A stretch of DNA of 43,452 nucleotides, from IMG/VR virus record IMGVR_UViG_3300033153_008579, positions 1-43,452 of that record; one strand, written 5' to 3'. Positions 8,043-15,813 of this stretch are shown here, piece by piece. How positions within the stretch are numbered: the stretch's first letter is position 1; every line of letters begins with the position of its first letter. The position numbers were made by a program, and so were the translations under genes. Source of the stretch: a virus (lineage: Duplodnaviria > Caudoviricetes). The notes below the pieces were generated by a model, which made no database searches, was not told where the DNA came from, and saw only the letters and a list, made by a program, of their open reading frames with translations.

Positions 8043-8498
8043 ATGAAATACCAAAAGACAAAAAAGAGATGGAAGTATCGCCTGGCTGAACCTTACGTCT
8101 TTAGGGAAACGGTCATCACAGGTGTTTCTTCTCTTGGTTCATATATCAATCTTTATACGAGTGGGTCTTTGTTTCTTGATAAAGGTTATGCTTGGGATGG
8201 GTCAAGCATTCCATTCAAAGGACTCATTCCCTGGAACACAGAGAAACATTGTATGATTGCAAGTTTGATTCACGATGCCTTATATCAACTCATAAGAACA
8301 AAAAGACTCTCTTATCTGCGTAGGAAACGTGCTGATGAAATTTATCGCGATTTGTGCATAAAAGGAGGGATGAGTAAGTGGCAAGCAAATCTTCGATATA
8401 AGATGCTTAGAAGATTTGGAAAGATTAAACCTGAGAAGGAAAATCCTGTTTTAGAAGCTTCTTTTAACGGAGATAATTTAAATGCTAAAGTCATGTGA
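8043..8498 (+). CDS. DUF1353-family protein
   Basis: GYAWDGSSIP..ASLIHDALY..RKRADEIY..VR-like FG motifs. Confidence 0.8.
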   Translation: MKYQKTKKRWKYRLAEPYVFRETVITGVSSLGSYINLYTSGSLFLDKGYAWDGSSIPFKGLIPWNTEKHCMIASLIHDALYQLIRTKRLSYLRRKRADEIYRDLCIKGGMSKWQANLRYKMLRRFGKIKPEKENPVLEASFNGDNLNAKVM

Positions 8499-8628
8499 AC
8501 ACAAAGGGGACTATATTGTTGTTTATGATGATGAAGTGAATCAAGAAAAAAGTATTCCACCTCGTAGATGTCCCGTCTGTAGTCTGATTGAGTCTATTGA
8601 ACAAACAATAGAAGAATTGAAGTCCTAA
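8482..8628 (+). CDS. small zinc-binding protein (48 aa, not in ORF track)
   Basis: GGAGA RBS; MLKSCEHKGDYIVVYDDEVNQEKSIPPRRCPVCSLIESIEQTIEELKS. Confidence 0.6.
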   Translation: MLKSCEHKGDYIVVYDDEVNQEKSIPPRRCPVCSLIESIEQTIEELKS

Positions 8629-8653
8629 CGATTTCAATAATTGAAACCCCTGA
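8627..8653. repeat. dispersed palindromic repeat copy
   Basis: AACGATTTCAATAATTGAAACCCCTGA, near-identical to 31502-31528. Confidence 0.85.
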
Positions 8654-8671
8654 TACTTGAAAGGAATTTTT

Positions 8672-9028
8672 ATGACAAAGAAGTGTGGCTTATGTGACAA
8701 TTTCTTCGAAGATACAACGCCCAATTATTCACGGCATTTTTGTGATGTGTGTAAGAAACTTAAAAATAAAAACCACTATAAAAAGATGTGTTTGAACTGC
8801 AAAAAGGAATTTAAAGGGCGTGAGACTCAAGTGTACTGTTCTCCTTCTTGAGAACTCAAGCCAACTAACTGTGAAATTTGTGGTGCAAATAAACATGTTT
8901 ATGTGATTCATGGTCATCATCAAAATTACGAACGACCACTGAAAGTAAATTGGTTGTGCCCTTCCTGCCATTTTAAGGTACATTCAATTTGTAATCAAAT
9001 TTTTAATTTTTATCAAGAAAGGGCCTAA
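8672..9028 (+). pseudogene. HNH-like endonuclease interrupted by an in-frame TGA
   Basis: ..YCSPS*ELKPTNCEICG..HGHHQNYERPLKVNWLCPSCHFKVH; the part after the stop is homologous to 11034-11600. Confidence 0.8.
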
Positions 9029-9032
9029 TCCT

Positions 9033-9389
9033 ATGAACAATGCCAGAATCAAATGCGAAAATCGACTTGTCGCTGTAACAAACCTTGAGATGTATGATGA
9101 AGAACAACAAATATGGAAAGCAGAGATTCTAAAACTAACTGAACAAAAGGAGACGTTGGGGACTCATCTATTCATCTCACGTCTCTACGACCCAGAGAAT
9201 AATGAAATGGATACGGTTCTAAAGGAATATCATTTCAAAAGTGACTCAGATGTCCTTGATGAAGAGTTTTGGCTCATACCTGCAGAGAAGATTCTATTCA
9301 TCTTCGAGCCGCATTCTACGATTCTAAAACCCAATTTTCCTCTCACCCGAGGACAAGGAAGAGGAAAGAGACGTCCACCACTTAATTAG
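9033..9389 (+). CDS. hypothetical protein
   Basis: 118 aa ORF with RBS. Confidence 0.7.
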   Translation: MNNARIKCENRLVAVTNLEMYDEEQQIWKAEILKLTEQKETLGTHLFISRLYDPENNEMDTVLKEYHFKSDSDVLDEEFWLIPAEKILFIFEPHSTILKPNFPLTRGQGRGKRRPPLN

Positions 9390-9397
9390 GAGATGAA

Positions 9398-10675
9398 ATG
9401 AATCTTGATATCAAAAAGATAAAGGTTGGTTCTCGTGCACGTAAGGACTTTGGAGATATCATTCTTCTCTCAGAATCCCTCCGACGTCTTGGCTTAATCC
9501 AACCCATCGTTGTTAGACAAATTGGAGAAGACTATGAACTAATAGCAGGAGAGCGTAGATTGCGTGCGGCAATCTACGCAGGATGGAGTACAATTCCTGT
9601 CACGACGAAGGAAAAATGTTCAGATGAACAAAAACTTGAGATGGAACTCGAAGAAAACATCCAAAGAAAGAGCTTAATGTGGACTGAGGAATGTGAGATT
9701 AAGCTTCAACTTGATGAAATGAAAAGAAAGCAATTTGGGTCTGGTGTCGCAGCAGGGGTTCATTCCAAAGAGGGATGGACACTTGAGAAAACAGCTTTGG
9801 CTTTGAATCAAAGTGTTGGAACTGTTTCACAGGATTTGAAAATCGCAAGAGCCCTTCGTGAGGATAAGAAACTTGCAATGTCTTTGGTCAAGTATCCAAA
9901 GGCGATTGCTTATCGGAAACTCAAGCAAATCAAAGAACGTGAGAGACTTGAGAAAGCCGCACCTGGTTTGGTCTTATCTGTTGACCTTCGTCTGGGTGAT
10001 GTTTGTGACTTGATTAAAGAAGTTCCAGACGAATCAATCGACCTATGGATAACCGACCCACCTTTTGGAGTTGACCAAATTCTTGATGCAAAAGGTGTGT
10101 TCCCTGGATTGACCGATTTTGGGGACAACCTTAATGTTGCTGAAGCTCATATCTTGTATGAGAAACTTCTTCCTTTGGTTTTCAAAAAACTAAAACCATC
10201 AGCTCATTTTTATATGTTCTTTGCATCAGAGTTCTATCCTCATCTCGTTTCTACCTTGAGTGCTGTTGGTTTTCATGTTGACCCAGTTCCTTTGATATGG
10301 GACAAGTGCTTAACAACAACTCCATTCAGAGGTCTTTCATATGCACAACAATATGAACCAATTCTCTTTGGTCACAAGCCACCAAGAGAAAAGTATCTAA
10401 TCGAGAGTGCTTCAAATATCTTACAATACAAACCAATTGACTCGAAAGAAAAGATTCACGTGTTTCAAAAACCTCTTTCTCTATTGAGTTTCTTCATCAA
10501 TCAAAGCTCTAACGTGGGTGATGTTGTTATGGATACATTTGCAGGTTCGGGTTCGACATTAAAAGCCGCTCTTGATTTGAAAAGACAACCACTTGGGTTT
10601 GAATTGAGTGAGCATCATTTTAGAGCAGCACTTGAGTCTCTTGGAAAGAAAGGAAAGAAAGGAAAGAAAGAATGA
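9398..10675 (+). CDS. ParB N-terminal/HTH domain fused to an N6-adenine/N4-cytosine DNA methyltransferase
   Basis: GLIQPIVV..LIAGERRLRA..ENIQRKSL (ParB), HTH WTLEKTALALNQSVGTVSQDL, then DPPF and DTFAGSGST (beta-class MTase order). Confidence 0.92.
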   Translation: MNLDIKKIKVGSRARKDFGDIILLSESLRRLGLIQPIVVRQIGEDYELIAGERRLRAAIYAGWSTIPVTTKEKCSDEQKLEMELEENIQRKSLMWTEECEIKLQLDEMKRKQFGSGVAAGVHSKEGWTLEKTALALNQSVGTVSQDLKIARALREDKKLAMSLVKYPKAIAYRKLKQIKERERLEKAAPGLVLSVDLRLGDVCDLIKEVPDESIDLWITDPPFGVDQILDAKGVFPGLTDFGDNLNVAEAHILYEKLLPLVFKKLKPSAHFYMFFASEFYPHLVSTLSAVGFHVDPVPLIWDKCLTTTPFRGLSYAQQYEPILFGHKPPREKYLIESASNILQYKPIDSKEKIHVFQKPLSLLSFFINQSSNVGDVVMDTFAGSGSTLKAALDLKRQPLGFELSEHHFRAALESLGKKGKKGKKE

Positions 10676-10863
10676 AAGTAGCTGTTCTATGTGAGAGTTG
10701 TAAACAGGAACTTCAAATAAAAGAAGTTATTCACGCTCACGCACTTGAGGAGATACAAGTTCTGGTTCTCCCTTGTAGTGATCCAGGGTGTTATGATTGT
10801 TCCAAATGTGAAGTTGAGCAAAGGCTTCAAAAGTTAAAGGTTGTCTTGAATGAAGATTCCTAA
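10672..10863 (+). CDS. small Cys-rich protein
   Basis: CESC and C..C..CSKC motifs; ATGA coupling. Confidence 0.65.
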   Translation: MKVAVLCESCKQELQIKEVIHAHALEEIQVLVLPCSDPGCYDCSKCEVEQRLQKLKVVLNEDS

Positions 10864-11053
10864 GAATTGTCAGCATTGTAATTCTTACACACCCAACTGG
10901 TGTAAGAAACTAAAGAAGCATGTTGGGAACGTTCAATCTTGTAGGTGGTGGTCATTGCATATGAAGTTCTTTAAATGTCCTGAGAAGATTGAACTTGTTC
11001 CTTATGATGATTATGAAATAGAAGAGGTGAAGAATGGAGATAATGGACACTAA
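10850..11053 (+). CDS. small Cys-rich protein
   Basis: CQHC..WC..C pattern. Confidence 0.6.
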   Translation: MKIPKNCQHCNSYTPNWCKKLKKHVGNVQSCRWWSLHMKFFKCPEKIELVPYDDYEIEEVKNGDNGH

Positions 11054-11600
11054 GCAATGCAGTTTATGCAAAGAGGTTAAATCTGTCACTGCCTTTTGGA
11101 AAGATTGTTACCAAAAGAATGGTTATGCCTGTAGATGTAAAAAATGCATGAGGTCTGTGCAAAGAACGTGTTTATTTTGTGGCATAAGTTTTCGAGCAAT
11201 GAAACAACAAATTGCAAGAGGCGATGGTAAGTTTTGTTCTCGTCATTGTGCAGGCTCTTATCGAGATGGTAAACTAAATGCAAATTGGAAAGGTGGTTAT
11301 TTAAAGACTCTGAAAAGAGCTCAAGAGACAAAAGAGCGTTATCGTGTATCTAACGAAGACAGAAATAAGGCTCATCGACTTATTGAAAAACTTAAACACA
11401 ATGGTGAGATAATGGTGCTTCCTTGTCAGATTTGTGGATGTCATTCAAAGGACAAAATTATTGAAGGTCATCATCAAGATTATAGAAGGCCTTCTCTGGT
11501 TAATTGGTTATGTCAAACATGTCATCATAAGGTTCATGACGTTGTGAATTTATTGAGAAAGGAGGTGGCAATTGGAAGTTATGGACACTGGCCCATTTGA
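11034..11600 (+). CDS. HNH-like homing endonuclease with zinc-finger N-terminus
   Basis: CSLC..F..CKKC, FCSRHC, NANWKGG, CQICG..EGHHQDY..VNWLCQTCHHKVH. Confidence 0.85.
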   Translation: MEIMDTKQCSLCKEVKSVTAFWKDCYQKNGYACRCKKCMRSVQRTCLFCGISFRAMKQQIARGDGKFCSRHCAGSYRDGKLNANWKGGYLKTLKRAQETKERYRVSNEDRNKAHRLIEKLKHNGEIMVLPCQICGCHSKDKIIEGHHQDYRRPSLVNWLCQTCHHKVHDVVNLLRKEVAIGSYGHWPI

Positions 11601-13941
11601 CGCAAAGATTATGCTTATTGGAGAAGCACCAGGTGCACAAGAGGAACGAATCGGATTGCCTTTTGTTGGCCCTGCAGGGAATCTTCTCAAGCAGCTTCTC
11701 TCTCACTCAGGTATTGATTACTCTCAGTGCTATGCAACAAATGTCATGAACGTCAGACCTCCCAACAACGACTTTGCTCATTTCTACCAAGAGAGAAATC
11801 GAAAAACCCCGACTCCACAACTTGCTGATGGATGGGAGAAGCTCAGACAAAAAATTGAAACAATCAAGCCTAACATTGTCATTCTATTAGGTGCAGAACC
11901 TCTTCGAGCAGTTACAGGGAAAATGGGAATCATGACCTGGAGAGGTTCTGTTTTATCCTTTAGAGGGATTAAAGTAATCTCTACGTATCATCCGTCAAAT
12001 GTTTTGAGGGTATATGAGAATCACGTGATTTGTGAACACGATTTCACTCGTGCTCTTGAAGAGAGTCTTTCCTCAGAATTAAATGTTCCAACACTGAATC
12101 TAAGGCTTCTTCCATCCTTTGAAGAGACTACTCGTTACCTGAGTGACGCAAGGAAATCAAGAAGAATAAGCTTTGACCTTGAAACAACAGGTGATTTGAT
12201 TAGACAAATAGGATTCGCTTTCAGAAATCATGATGGTATCATCCATGCAATTTCTATTCCTTTCATGAAGAGTGGATTGACTTCCTCTCATGTATCCAAA
12301 ACCGTTATAAAGATTGCAGCATCTGAATCTGGAGTCACTTCTTATTGGACTCCTGAGCAAGAGGTTTCAATCCTAACACTAATTGCTGAGATACTTGAGG
12401 ATGAAAAGATTCAAAAGGTAGGTCAAAATTCTATCTCATTTGACCAAAACTTCTTAGAGAAACAATTTGGAATTTCTGTTCAAAATCATTATATGGATAC
12501 AATGCATGCCCATCACCTATGCTACGCTGAGTTTCTAAAGAGCCTCGACTTCATGTGTACTCTTTACACAAAGCATTCAAACTACTGGACAGAAAAGGTA
12601 ACAGCTGATGACCTAAGTCAATCAAGATACAACGCAATGGACTGTGTCGTAACTCTTGAGTGCTCAGAGCGTTTAGACCATGAACTTAAAAGTCTTGAGA
12701 TGGAAGATTTATATTTCAATCATGTTCATCGCCTATCCTTTGCCTTAACAAGAGCTCAGAATCATGGCATTCTAATTGACATAGAGAAGAGAAAAGACTT
12801 ATTAAATGAATATGAGGGAGAGCTTGAGGTTCTTCAAAAAGAAATAAATGATTTAGCTGGACAAGAGGTAAATATAAATTCTCCAAAACAAATGAAACAA
12901 CTTTTATATGAGAAATTAAAATTTCCTGTTCAATTATCAAAAACAAGAAAGGAGACTACTGATGCTAATGCTCTTAAAGTCTTACTTAAGAAGTATCCAA
13001 GAGAAGAAATTCTCCAAAAAATTCTTGCATTTCGTGAGAAATCCAAACTCATTTCCACTTACCTCAAAGCTAAGTTGGATGCCGATGGAGTGTTTAGAAC
13101 ATCTTATAATCCGAGCGGAACTGTTACAGGAAGAATTTCATCGTCTCAAACGCTTGAAAAAAGAGGAGGAAATCTTCAGAACATTCCCAAACGACTCCGA
13201 CAACTGTTCATTGCTCGACCTGGATGTTCCTTCGTTAAAGGCGATTTATCTCAAGCGGAAACAAGAGTCGTTTCAGAAATCCTCAAAAAGCTTGGGGACA
13301 GGACTCTTAGTGACAAATATGCGAGTAAAGGGTTTGACATACATAAATGGACAGCAAGTCCGATTTATCACAAACCTGAAAATGAAATCACTTCGACTGA
13401 GAGAAGTGTCGGGAAAGTCTCCAATCACAGCGGGAACTACGGAGCAGGTCCAAATGTCCTTGTCAAAGAAGCTCGAAAAAGAGGAATCGAAACCATCGAT
13501 GTCAAGTTCGCAAGAAGAATGCTCGAAGAACGACATAGACAAATTCCTGGACTTAAAAAATGGTGGAGACAATGTGAACAAAGAGTTAAAAGAACCAGAT
13601 GCATCACAACCTGTCTTGGAAGAAAAAGATTCTTCTTTGGACGCTTCGACAACCAAACCTACCGAGCCGCCTATGCTCAAGAACCCCAATCCACCATTGG
13701 AGATGTAAACAATAAAATCTTTTATCTTTGTGATGAATTGATGGATTCGGATTGTCATCCAGTTCTTCAAGTACATGATGAAACTGTAGTTGAGTGTCCA
13801 GATGAAAAGGTTGATTTGGTTATTGAACAAATGAAAAAGATTGCACAAATTCCTTTGTTCATAAATGAATCACCTTTGTTTGTTCCAATTGATATCTCTG
13901 TTGGAAAAAATTGGAGAGAAACAAAACCTATTGACGAATAA
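11572..13941 (+). CDS. polA: DNA polymerase family A with N-terminal family-4-like uracil-DNA glycosylase and 3'-5' exonuclease domains
   Basis: UDG motifs GEAPG..E..PFVGPAG, RPPNN, TYHPS; exonuclease motifs FDLET, N..FD, YNAMD; polymerase motifs TGRISS, NLQNIP, DLSQAE, K..NH..NYG, VHDE. Confidence 0.95.
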   Translation: MEVMDTGPFDAKIMLIGEAPGAQEERIGLPFVGPAGNLLKQLLSHSGIDYSQCYATNVMNVRPPNNDFAHFYQERNRKTPTPQLADGWEKLRQKIETIKPNIVILLGAEPLRAVTGKMGIMTWRGSVLSFRGIKVISTYHPSNVLRVYENHVICEHDFTRALEESLSSELNVPTLNLRLLPSFEETTRYLSDARKSRRISFDLETTGDLIRQIGFAFRNHDGIIHAISIPFMKSGLTSSHVSKTVIKIAASESGVTSYWTPEQEVSILTLIAEILEDEKIQKVGQNSISFDQNFLEKQFGISVQNHYMDTMHAHHLCYAEFLKSLDFMCTLYTKHSNYWTEKVTADDLSQSRYNAMDCVVTLECSERLDHELKSLEMEDLYFNHVHRLSFALTRAQNHGILIDIEKRKDLLNEYEGELEVLQKEINDLAGQEVNINSPKQMKQLLYEKLKFPVQLSKTRKETTDANALKVLLKKYPREEILQKILAFREKSKLISTYLKAKLDADGVFRTSYNPSGTVTGRISSSQTLEKRGGNLQNIPKRLRQLFIARPGCSFVKGDLSQAETRVVSEILKKLGDRTLSDKYASKGFDIHKWTASPIYHKPENEITSTERSVGKVSNHSGNYGAGPNVLVKEARKRGIETIDVKFARRMLEERHRQIPGLKKWWRQCEQRVKRTRCITTCLGRKRFFFGRFDNQTYRAAYAQEPQSTIGDVNNKIFYLCDELMDSDCHPVLQVHDETVVECPDEKVDLVIEQMKKIAQIPLFINESPLFVPIDISVGKNWRETKPIDE

Positions 13942-13953
13942 GGATGAGATACT

Positions 13954-15195
13954 ATGCGAAGGCTTCCAGATGGGTTTCTTAAAGAATATCTAAAATACTG
14001 TTCATCTACAGAAGTTCCTGGAATTTTTAGTCTCTGGTGTGGCATTGCCTGCATTGCCTCGGCTCTTGGACGAGATGGGTTCATGTCAATGGGACACTAC
14101 ACAATTTTTCCAAATCTTTATATCATCCTTGTTGCGGGTTCAGCAAAGTGTAAAAAGTCAACTGCGATTAGAATTGCAGATGGTTTTATTAAAAAGGTAA
14201 CTCCGGATATAAAGACGTTTAGTCAAAAGCTCACACCTGAAGCTTTGATTGGAGCACTGTGTGAGGTAAAAGAAGCAAGTGCCAATCAATTGAGAGGCTC
14301 TGCCGAAGGAATTATTGTTGTTGATGAACTGTCAACGCTAATAGATAGAAACGCTTTTCAAAGCGGAATGATACCTTTTCTCACGACACTTTGGGATGCA
14401 CAGGAGTCATTTACTTATGAAACAAAAAAGAGAGGAAAAGAAACAGTTTATAACAGCTGCGTTTCCATGCTCGGAGGGTCAACCCTTTCATGGATTCGAG
14501 AAGCCATCCCAATCTCAGCAATTGGTGGAGGGTTTACATCGAGAGTTATTTTTGTCTTTCGAGAGCAGTATGAGAAAAGCATTCTCTGGACTTCCATGTC
14601 TGAAGAGAACAGAAAACGAGGAGAGAATCTGCTCCACGACCTCAACGAAATTGCAAAGGTTAGAGGTGAATTTGGAGTTACTGAAAAGGTTAAAACCGTT
14701 AGTGAACAGCTTTATTCAGATTTTCGAGCGTCACATCCTTTCCATGCAAACAAGTATCTTGAAGGCTATGCAGGAAGAAGATTCACAACACTCTTGAAAC
14801 TTGCTATGATTGTTTGTGCGTCTCTTTCTGATAATAGATTGATTAAGCTTGAGCATTTGAATGCAGCTCTAAATGTCTTAGAAGATGCGGAAGGACACAT
14901 GCCAAAGGTTCTTCAAACTATTGCTATGGATGATATTGGCATGGTCAATCAAGACATTCTCTCATTGATTAAGAGCAAGGGTAGGGTTACAAGAAAGAAG
15001 CTCTTGACTCTTGTGCATCATCAAATGCAGGCAAGAGATTTGGATATTGTTCTGAGTACGCTTAGTCAAGCAGGTGAGATAAAAGAGAATATAGGAAAAA
15101 GTGGAGGTGTTACTTATGAGGTGATTGCAAAGAAAAAGAAAGAAGAAGAATCTTTTACATCAAAGGTCTTGGATAGAAAGGAGAAGAAGAAATGA
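13954..15195 (+). CDS. DUF3987-like P-loop NTPase, putative replicative helicase
   Basis: PNLYIILVAGSAKCKKSTA (variant Walker A), IIVVDELS (Walker B), GGGFTSR, winged-helix-like C-terminus; next to polA. Confidence 0.75.
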   Translation: MRRLPDGFLKEYLKYCSSTEVPGIFSLWCGIACIASALGRDGFMSMGHYTIFPNLYIILVAGSAKCKKSTAIRIADGFIKKVTPDIKTFSQKLTPEALIGALCEVKEASANQLRGSAEGIIVVDELSTLIDRNAFQSGMIPFLTTLWDAQESFTYETKKRGKETVYNSCVSMLGGSTLSWIREAIPISAIGGGFTSRVIFVFREQYEKSILWTSMSEENRKRGENLLHDLNEIAKVRGEFGVTEKVKTVSEQLYSDFRASHPFHANKYLEGYAGRRFTTLLKLAMIVCASLSDNRLIKLEHLNAALNVLEDAEGHMPKVLQTIAMDDIGMVNQDILSLIKSKGRVTRKKLLTLVHHQMQARDLDIVLSTLSQAGEIKENIGKSGGVTYEVIAKKKKEEESFTSKVLDRKEKKK

Positions 15196-15512
15196 TTTTA
15201 GGAACAAGAAACGAAAGAAAACCAAAACTCTGGAGGGAATGGACAAGATGGTTTGCGTGGAGACCTGTTCGTTTAATGGATGGAAGATGGGCATGGCTCT
15301 GTCACGTAGCACGGAAGCAAACAATTAAGTACTCTTGCTTCTTTGATTATAAAGAGGATATCGGAAGAATCTTCTATCCTCATTTTTGTTATGACTGTGG
15401 ATTGAGATACATTAGTGAAAACAAACTTGTTCCGTGTCCAAAATGTGAATCAGGAATCGTCGTCAATTGCTTTCAGGAGACCCTAAAAGATGAAGAACCT
15501 AAGAAGGAGTGA
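15192..15512 (+). CDS. hypothetical protein with zinc ribbon
   Basis: WTRWFAWRPVRLMDGRWAWL, CYDC..CPKC. Confidence 0.7.
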   Translation: MILGTRNERKPKLWREWTRWFAWRPVRLMDGRWAWLCHVARKQTIKYSCFFDYKEDIGRIFYPHFCYDCGLRYISENKLVPCPKCESGIVVNCFQETLKDEEPKKE

Positions 15513-15798
15513 TATTCCTTTTGACCTATCTGGCTCATTGACACGGTCTCTTTTGAAACCTCTCTTGTTAAAGGCAGGACTTGAGACGGTAAATGAGGCA
15601 AATGAATGTCTCACCTGGTGCTTTGGGAATTGGAGACATGGAAAGTTAAGCGATTTCCCTAAGAGATGGAACGTCCGACATAAAGACATCTTTGAAGTTA
15701 ATGAAATGTATTTCAAAAGTTCTGTCTTGAAATGCTTAAACTATTGGGTTCAATATAAGAAGTGGAGTGGTCATGACGACCACTCCACCGCCCAATGA
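15490..15798 (+). CDS. hypothetical protein
   Basis: 102 aa, last gene of the + arm. Confidence 0.6.
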   Translation: MKNLRRSDIPFDLSGSLTRSLLKPLLLKAGLETVNEANECLTWCFGNWRHGKLSDFPKRWNVRHKDIFEVNEMYFKSSVLKCLNYWVQYKKWSGHDDHSTAQ

Positions 15799-15813
15799 AG
15801 AAGGAAGAAAGAA

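Noticed and set aside
8849-8851. Genome-wide stop codon reassignment
   Set aside because: Long genes are intact under the standard code. TGA, TAA and TAG all terminate genes, often with ATGA coupling.
10643-10670. 9-bp tandem repeat encoding GKK x3, and the similar EEL x3 at about 37560
   Set aside because: Simple in-frame low-complexity coding repeats with no evidence of phase variation.
12770-12960. AT-rich patch inside polA as a possible intron or intein
   Set aside because: The frame is continuous and encodes the ordinary thumb motif (NINSPKQ..LY); no splicing motifs are present.
12962-13848. Long alternative-frame and antisense ORFs within polA (248 aa and 191 aa), and other shadow ORFs in the track
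   Set aside because: They fully overlap well-supported genes and show no recognisable motifs.
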